The notes below the pieces were generated by a model. That model made no database searches and was not told where the DNA came from. It worked only from the letters and a program-made list of their open reading frames with translations. From positions 1 to 38,462 of the IMG/VR virus record IMGVR_UViG_3300021181_000025: a stretch of 38,462 bases of DNA. One strand, 5' to 3'. Made by a program: the position numbers and the translations under genes. Positions 35,402 through 38,462 of this stretch are shown here, piece after piece (within the stretch, counting starts at the first letter, position 1; every line of letters starts with the position of its first letter). Origin of the DNA: a virus. Taxonomy: Duplodnaviria > Caudoviricetes.

Positions 35402-36220
35402 ATGAATAGAAAAGGTCAGCAGCTATGGGAAGTGACATTGTTGTTGAGCGTGGTTTTGATTGCCATCGCTTGGTTCATGTCTAACCAAAAGACAACCTCT
35501 AATGACTTTCATTCCGGTTCTTCTCAGGTCACCCATACCGCGGACTCAAAACCATTCATAAGCCTTTTTAATTTCACTTGGTCAAGTTCTGGAGACATCA
35601 AAAATAAGGCCGCCACTGGTCCTGGGGCTTCGATTGTAGCCCCAGCGCCAGCGGAGCAGCCATCTACCCCTCCTCAGCAGCTTAAAATAGATTTTGGCAT
35701 CCCCACAAACCATTTAGGACACCTTTCTCCATGGGAAAGATTTGGCATGGACTTAGTCATTATATTGGTGGTAATGGGCGTTGGTGGCCTTTTAGATGCC
35801 TTGGGAGGAGATCATTGGCTATTCTGCCGAAGAATCATGATGCCTTTTCTTCTTGGGATAGGTATCAGTGCGGTCGTGTTTAGCTTTTATGACGAATGGT
35901 ACAATTGGTTGACTCTAATCCTTATTATGCCCATGTGGGGGACATTAAGTCTTCCATATTCAAATGATGGAAATTTTGGCCGGGCATTATGGATGGTTCT
36001 TAGTGCCGTGACCGGAGGACTTTTTCTAGTGCTCTTATCGTGTTTTTGTCATACCCATCTTTTAGCATGGTGGCTTTATATCGCCTATATAGTCATAGCC
36101 GGTATATTCGGGGGGAAATACAAGAACTGGAAGCAATTTAAAGGTGACTGGATTACAGGAAGCTTTGCGCTGTGCTCATTAATATTGTACGTTTTTTTAA
36201 GTCTGCAACTATCCCTTTAG
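35402..36220 (+). CDS. Polytopic membrane protein with class III (prepilin-like) N-terminus
   Basis: ATG 35402 with SD AAGGGGG; MNRKG|QQLWEVTLLLSVVLIAIAW; Pro-rich linker; about 6 TM helices. Confidence 0.7.
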   Translation: MNRKGQQLWEVTLLLSVVLIAIAWFMSNQKTTSNDFHSGSSQVTHTADSKPFISLFNFTWSSSGDIKNKAATGPGASIVAPAPAEQPSTPPQQLKIDFGIPTNHLGHLSPWERFGMDLVIILVVMGVGGLLDALGGDHWLFCRRIMMPFLLGIGISAVVFSFYDEWYNWLTLILIMPMWGTLSLPYSNDGNFGRALWMVLSAVTGGLFLVLLSCFCHTHLLAWWLYIAYIVIAGIFGGKYKNWKQFKGDWITGSFALCSLILYVFLSLQLSL

Positions 36221-37723
36221 GCCGCGTCTTTTCATATAAACGAATTTTTCTCTTTGGGTCATGCGCTCCTTTTTCTTTTCTATGGGAGCGATGATGCTTA
36301 TCTGCTTCCTTAAGTTGGCGATTTCCGCCATATTGTCATCATATTTATTGATGTAGGTATTCTTCTCTGCTTCCTTTAGGAAGTCCTCTGCATGCTTAGT
36401 ATCTCCCTTTATCAAAGACATGATGGCTCCCCAAATAAGAAGACGGAAATCTTTTGGATCATTGATTAATCCCTCGAATGTCTGGGCTGAGGCCATTTCT
36501 TGCTTCCCTTCGTTCATTAGGTCCTGAATCAAATTGTGTCGGTACCAAGACAGTGCAGGAAAGTGACGGAGGTGGTATTGATAAAATGAAGTAAGGTCTT
36601 TATACATCGGGTACACTTCAGAGAGGCAAATACAATAATAAGCACAAAATGCTATTAATAATGGGACATAGAGAATCCCGGCCATTGATAAAAAATATGA
36701 AAGGAAAAACATCATAAATACATTTGGCATGCTGCAATATCTATCTGATAGAATTTGGGTCACGGGCAAGACGGCTGACCATTGCAGAGTGGCTAAAACA
36801 AAGAATCCAAAAAATCCAATATACCTATGAGGAAGAATAAAAAATATAATCGCACACGCACCCAAAGCTGCTGTGCCTTTAAAGAAATAAGCATCAATTT
36901 TATACGCATCTTCTGTCCCCTCCTTAGTTAATCCCCACTTCAAACGATCAGGATATTGCATCGCACATACTTGAGGGAATATCATCTTCCAAAAAAAGAA
37001 ACCAAAGGTCTTGACGATGACAATAAATCTGGTAGGTTTGAAAGTTTTCAGATCCCCATCTGCCATGACCTCCATGCGCCCACGACATTTTCCTATAATA
37101 TATTGACTCCCGGCCAGCAGGAATATCGGGATCAAAAGAAGGAACCATGGGGATTTATTTAAAAGTAATATTGGTGAGAAAATGGCGGTGACTTGAAGTA
37201 GTCCACTAAAAAGATATAGGGCGGGTGCAATAATTGGCACCAACATCATTGTCAATACCAATATAATATTTATCGCATACCGACGGCCATTGAGCCACAG
37301 GGATGTCTGGTTATTAATTGGATTACAAATATAGAGAACCGCGGCACCAAAAGATATCTTGTCGTGCCCTAGTGCAAAAAACATAAGTATCGCAATGGTT
37401 GAGTTAATGGCTATCTTTACCCAATGTTCTAATTTGACATTTGTACCGAACGTGGTACCGCTATAGAGGTGATCTGAAATAAACTCTTGGAAATTGTTAA
37501 AATTCCTTATCTTGGAAATAGGGAAAAAACCCAACTGGCGCCTCTTCTGGTACCATTGGTAATCATCCATAATGACATCATATGTCGTCGAGTGAAAGTA
37601 TAGAGCAATATTAATGAGGATTAGAATAATCGATGGAATCACTGCTGCCTCCGGGTATGGTGATGTAAAGAAAGATAGAAAACGCAAAAAATAGAATGAA
37701 TACCACACATGCAATGAGGGCAT
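36209..37723 (-). CDS. GT-C fold glycosyltransferase, TMTC-like, with C-terminal TPR-like helices
   Basis: VIMDD first-loop motif, NPINNQTSLWLNGR (cf. HPxxxEAVxWIxGR), SDRYCSMP (cf. AERYLYLP), ~10 TM helices; ATG 37723 in TGATG overlap. Confidence 0.75.
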   Translation of the reverse strand: MPSLHVWYSFYFLRFLSFFTSPYPEAAVIPSIILILINIALYFHSTTYDVIMDDYQWYQKRRQLGFFPISKIRNFNNFQEFISDHLYSGTTFGTNVKLEHWVKIAINSTIAILMFFALGHDKISFGAAVLYICNPINNQTSLWLNGRRYAINIILVLTMMLVPIIAPALYLFSGLLQVTAIFSPILLLNKSPWFLLLIPIFLLAGSQYIIGKCRGRMEVMADGDLKTFKPTRFIVIVKTFGFFFWKMIFPQVCAMQYPDRLKWGLTKEGTEDAYKIDAYFFKGTAALGACAIIFFILPHRYIGFFGFFVLATLQWSAVLPVTQILSDRYCSMPNVFMMFFLSYFLSMAGILYVPLLIAFCAYYCICLSEVYPMYKDLTSFYQYHLRHFPALSWYRHNLIQDLMNEGKQEMASAQTFEGLINDPKDFRLLIWGAIMSLIKGDTKHAEDFLKEAEKNTYINKYDDNMAEIANLRKQISIIAPIEKKKERMTQREKFVYMKRRGLKG

Positions 37724-38094
37724 CAATCAATAACTTCAGAACCGTCTTTAACCAATTTTTGTACGGCATCTCGAATCTCCTCTTGAAGTTTGATGGCATA
37801 GAGAGAATAGTGAGTTGAGAATTTTACATTTAGCCAATCAATGACTTTACCCACATGATGCACAGACCAATACCCAATAAACATGAGAAGAGGGATAGAG
37901 AATAAAAACATACCCAGAAGTATGTCTGGATTTTTAAGCTTAAGCGTATAATAAATACCGAATATAGCCATAATGACGTACCTAAAATTATTAAACAGAT
38001 CCAAGCCGCGCTGACAATAGAAGTAATAGCGAATGAGTTTATTTTTGGTTCCATGCCAATACTCCTGTTCTCTTTGATCGACGGGTTTTTCCAT
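37723..38094 (-). CDS. Hypothetical two-TM membrane protein
   Basis: 123 aa, translationally coupled on both sides. Confidence 0.75.
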   Translation of the reverse strand: MEKPVDQREQEYWHGTKNKLIRYYFYCQRGLDLFNNFRYVIMAIFGIYYTLKLKNPDILLGMFLFSIPLLMFIGYWSVHHVGKVIDWLNVKFSTHYSLYAIKLQEEIRDAVQKLVKDGSEVID

Positions 38095-38372
38095 TACTTA
38101 CCTGCCATAATTCTAGCAGTCATCGTTGAAAATTCTCTCAAATGAAGGACTTTAAAAAGCTTATGGCAAAGATAAATGCTAGGAAGATATTGGCCAGTCT
38201 CGAACTTTGCGATTGAAGCTCGGCTGCAACCGGCAAGCTTGGCAACATCATCTTGGGTAAATCTCAATTCTTCTCTTTTCGATCTCAATAGATCACCTAA
38301 CATTTTTCTCCCTTTCTCGACCAGCCATATATCCTTCGCGTCTACCATTGGAAAGTCCAATAGTATACCCAA
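38094..38372 (-). CDS. XRE-family helix-turn-helix regulator
   Basis: LRSKREELRFTQDDVAKLAGCSRASIAKFETGQYLPS; start uncertain. Confidence 0.88.
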   Translation of the reverse strand: MGILLDFPMVDAKDIWLVEKGRKMLGDLLRSKREELRFTQDDVAKLAGCSRASIAKFETGQYLPSIYLCHKLFKVLHLREFSTMTARIMAGK

Positions 38373-38462
38373 CCATATATGCAGCGGCGGCGATTAATAA
38401 TTTAATAAAAATTGATATCATAATACCCCGATCTCTTTTAATTTTTCTCTAATTCATCACAG

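Noticed and set aside
1-38462. Stop-codon reassignment
   Set aside because: Core genes are full length in code 11, and TAA, TGA and TAG all end genes followed by SD-led starts
1-38462. CRISPR array, tRNA genes, integrase/att sites, IS elements
   Set aside because: None recognised by eye; tRNAscan-SE and a repeat finder would be needed to exclude them formally

Overview
Nearly complete genome segment of a contractile-tailed (myovirus-type) Caudoviricetes phage or prophage. All family calls come from motif recognition by eye; no searches were run. A leftward operon (~6490 to <1) encodes a DUF1376-type replication initiator, RtcB RNA ligase, YopX, small hypothetical proteins and a beta-class DNA methyltransferase that runs off the window. 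A divergent rightward operon (6619-36220) encodes terminase, DUF1073 portal, head, DUF3383 sheath, tube, a frameshifted tail chaperone, a short tape measure, baseplate, fibres and an atypical lysis-position cassette. A convergent right arm encodes a TMTC-like GT-C glycosyltransferase with TPR-like tail, a membrane protein and an XRE regulator. No integrase, recognisable peptidoglycan hydrolase, tRNA or CRISPR array was seen. Best candidate novel system: tail-module fibre proteins with Sec signal peptides and a shared Cys-rich C-terminus, plus a periplasm-facing glycosyltransferase, suggesting exported and possibly glycosylated fibres. Also notable: a papain protease and a holin-like/beta-barrel fusion where lysis genes are expected, a prepilin-like membrane protein, a lone parS site, a C4/CI-like structured RNA in the rep leader, and an attenuator-like switch before the head genes. 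Several proteins resemble, from memory, those of Ca. Omnitrophota, a tentative host.
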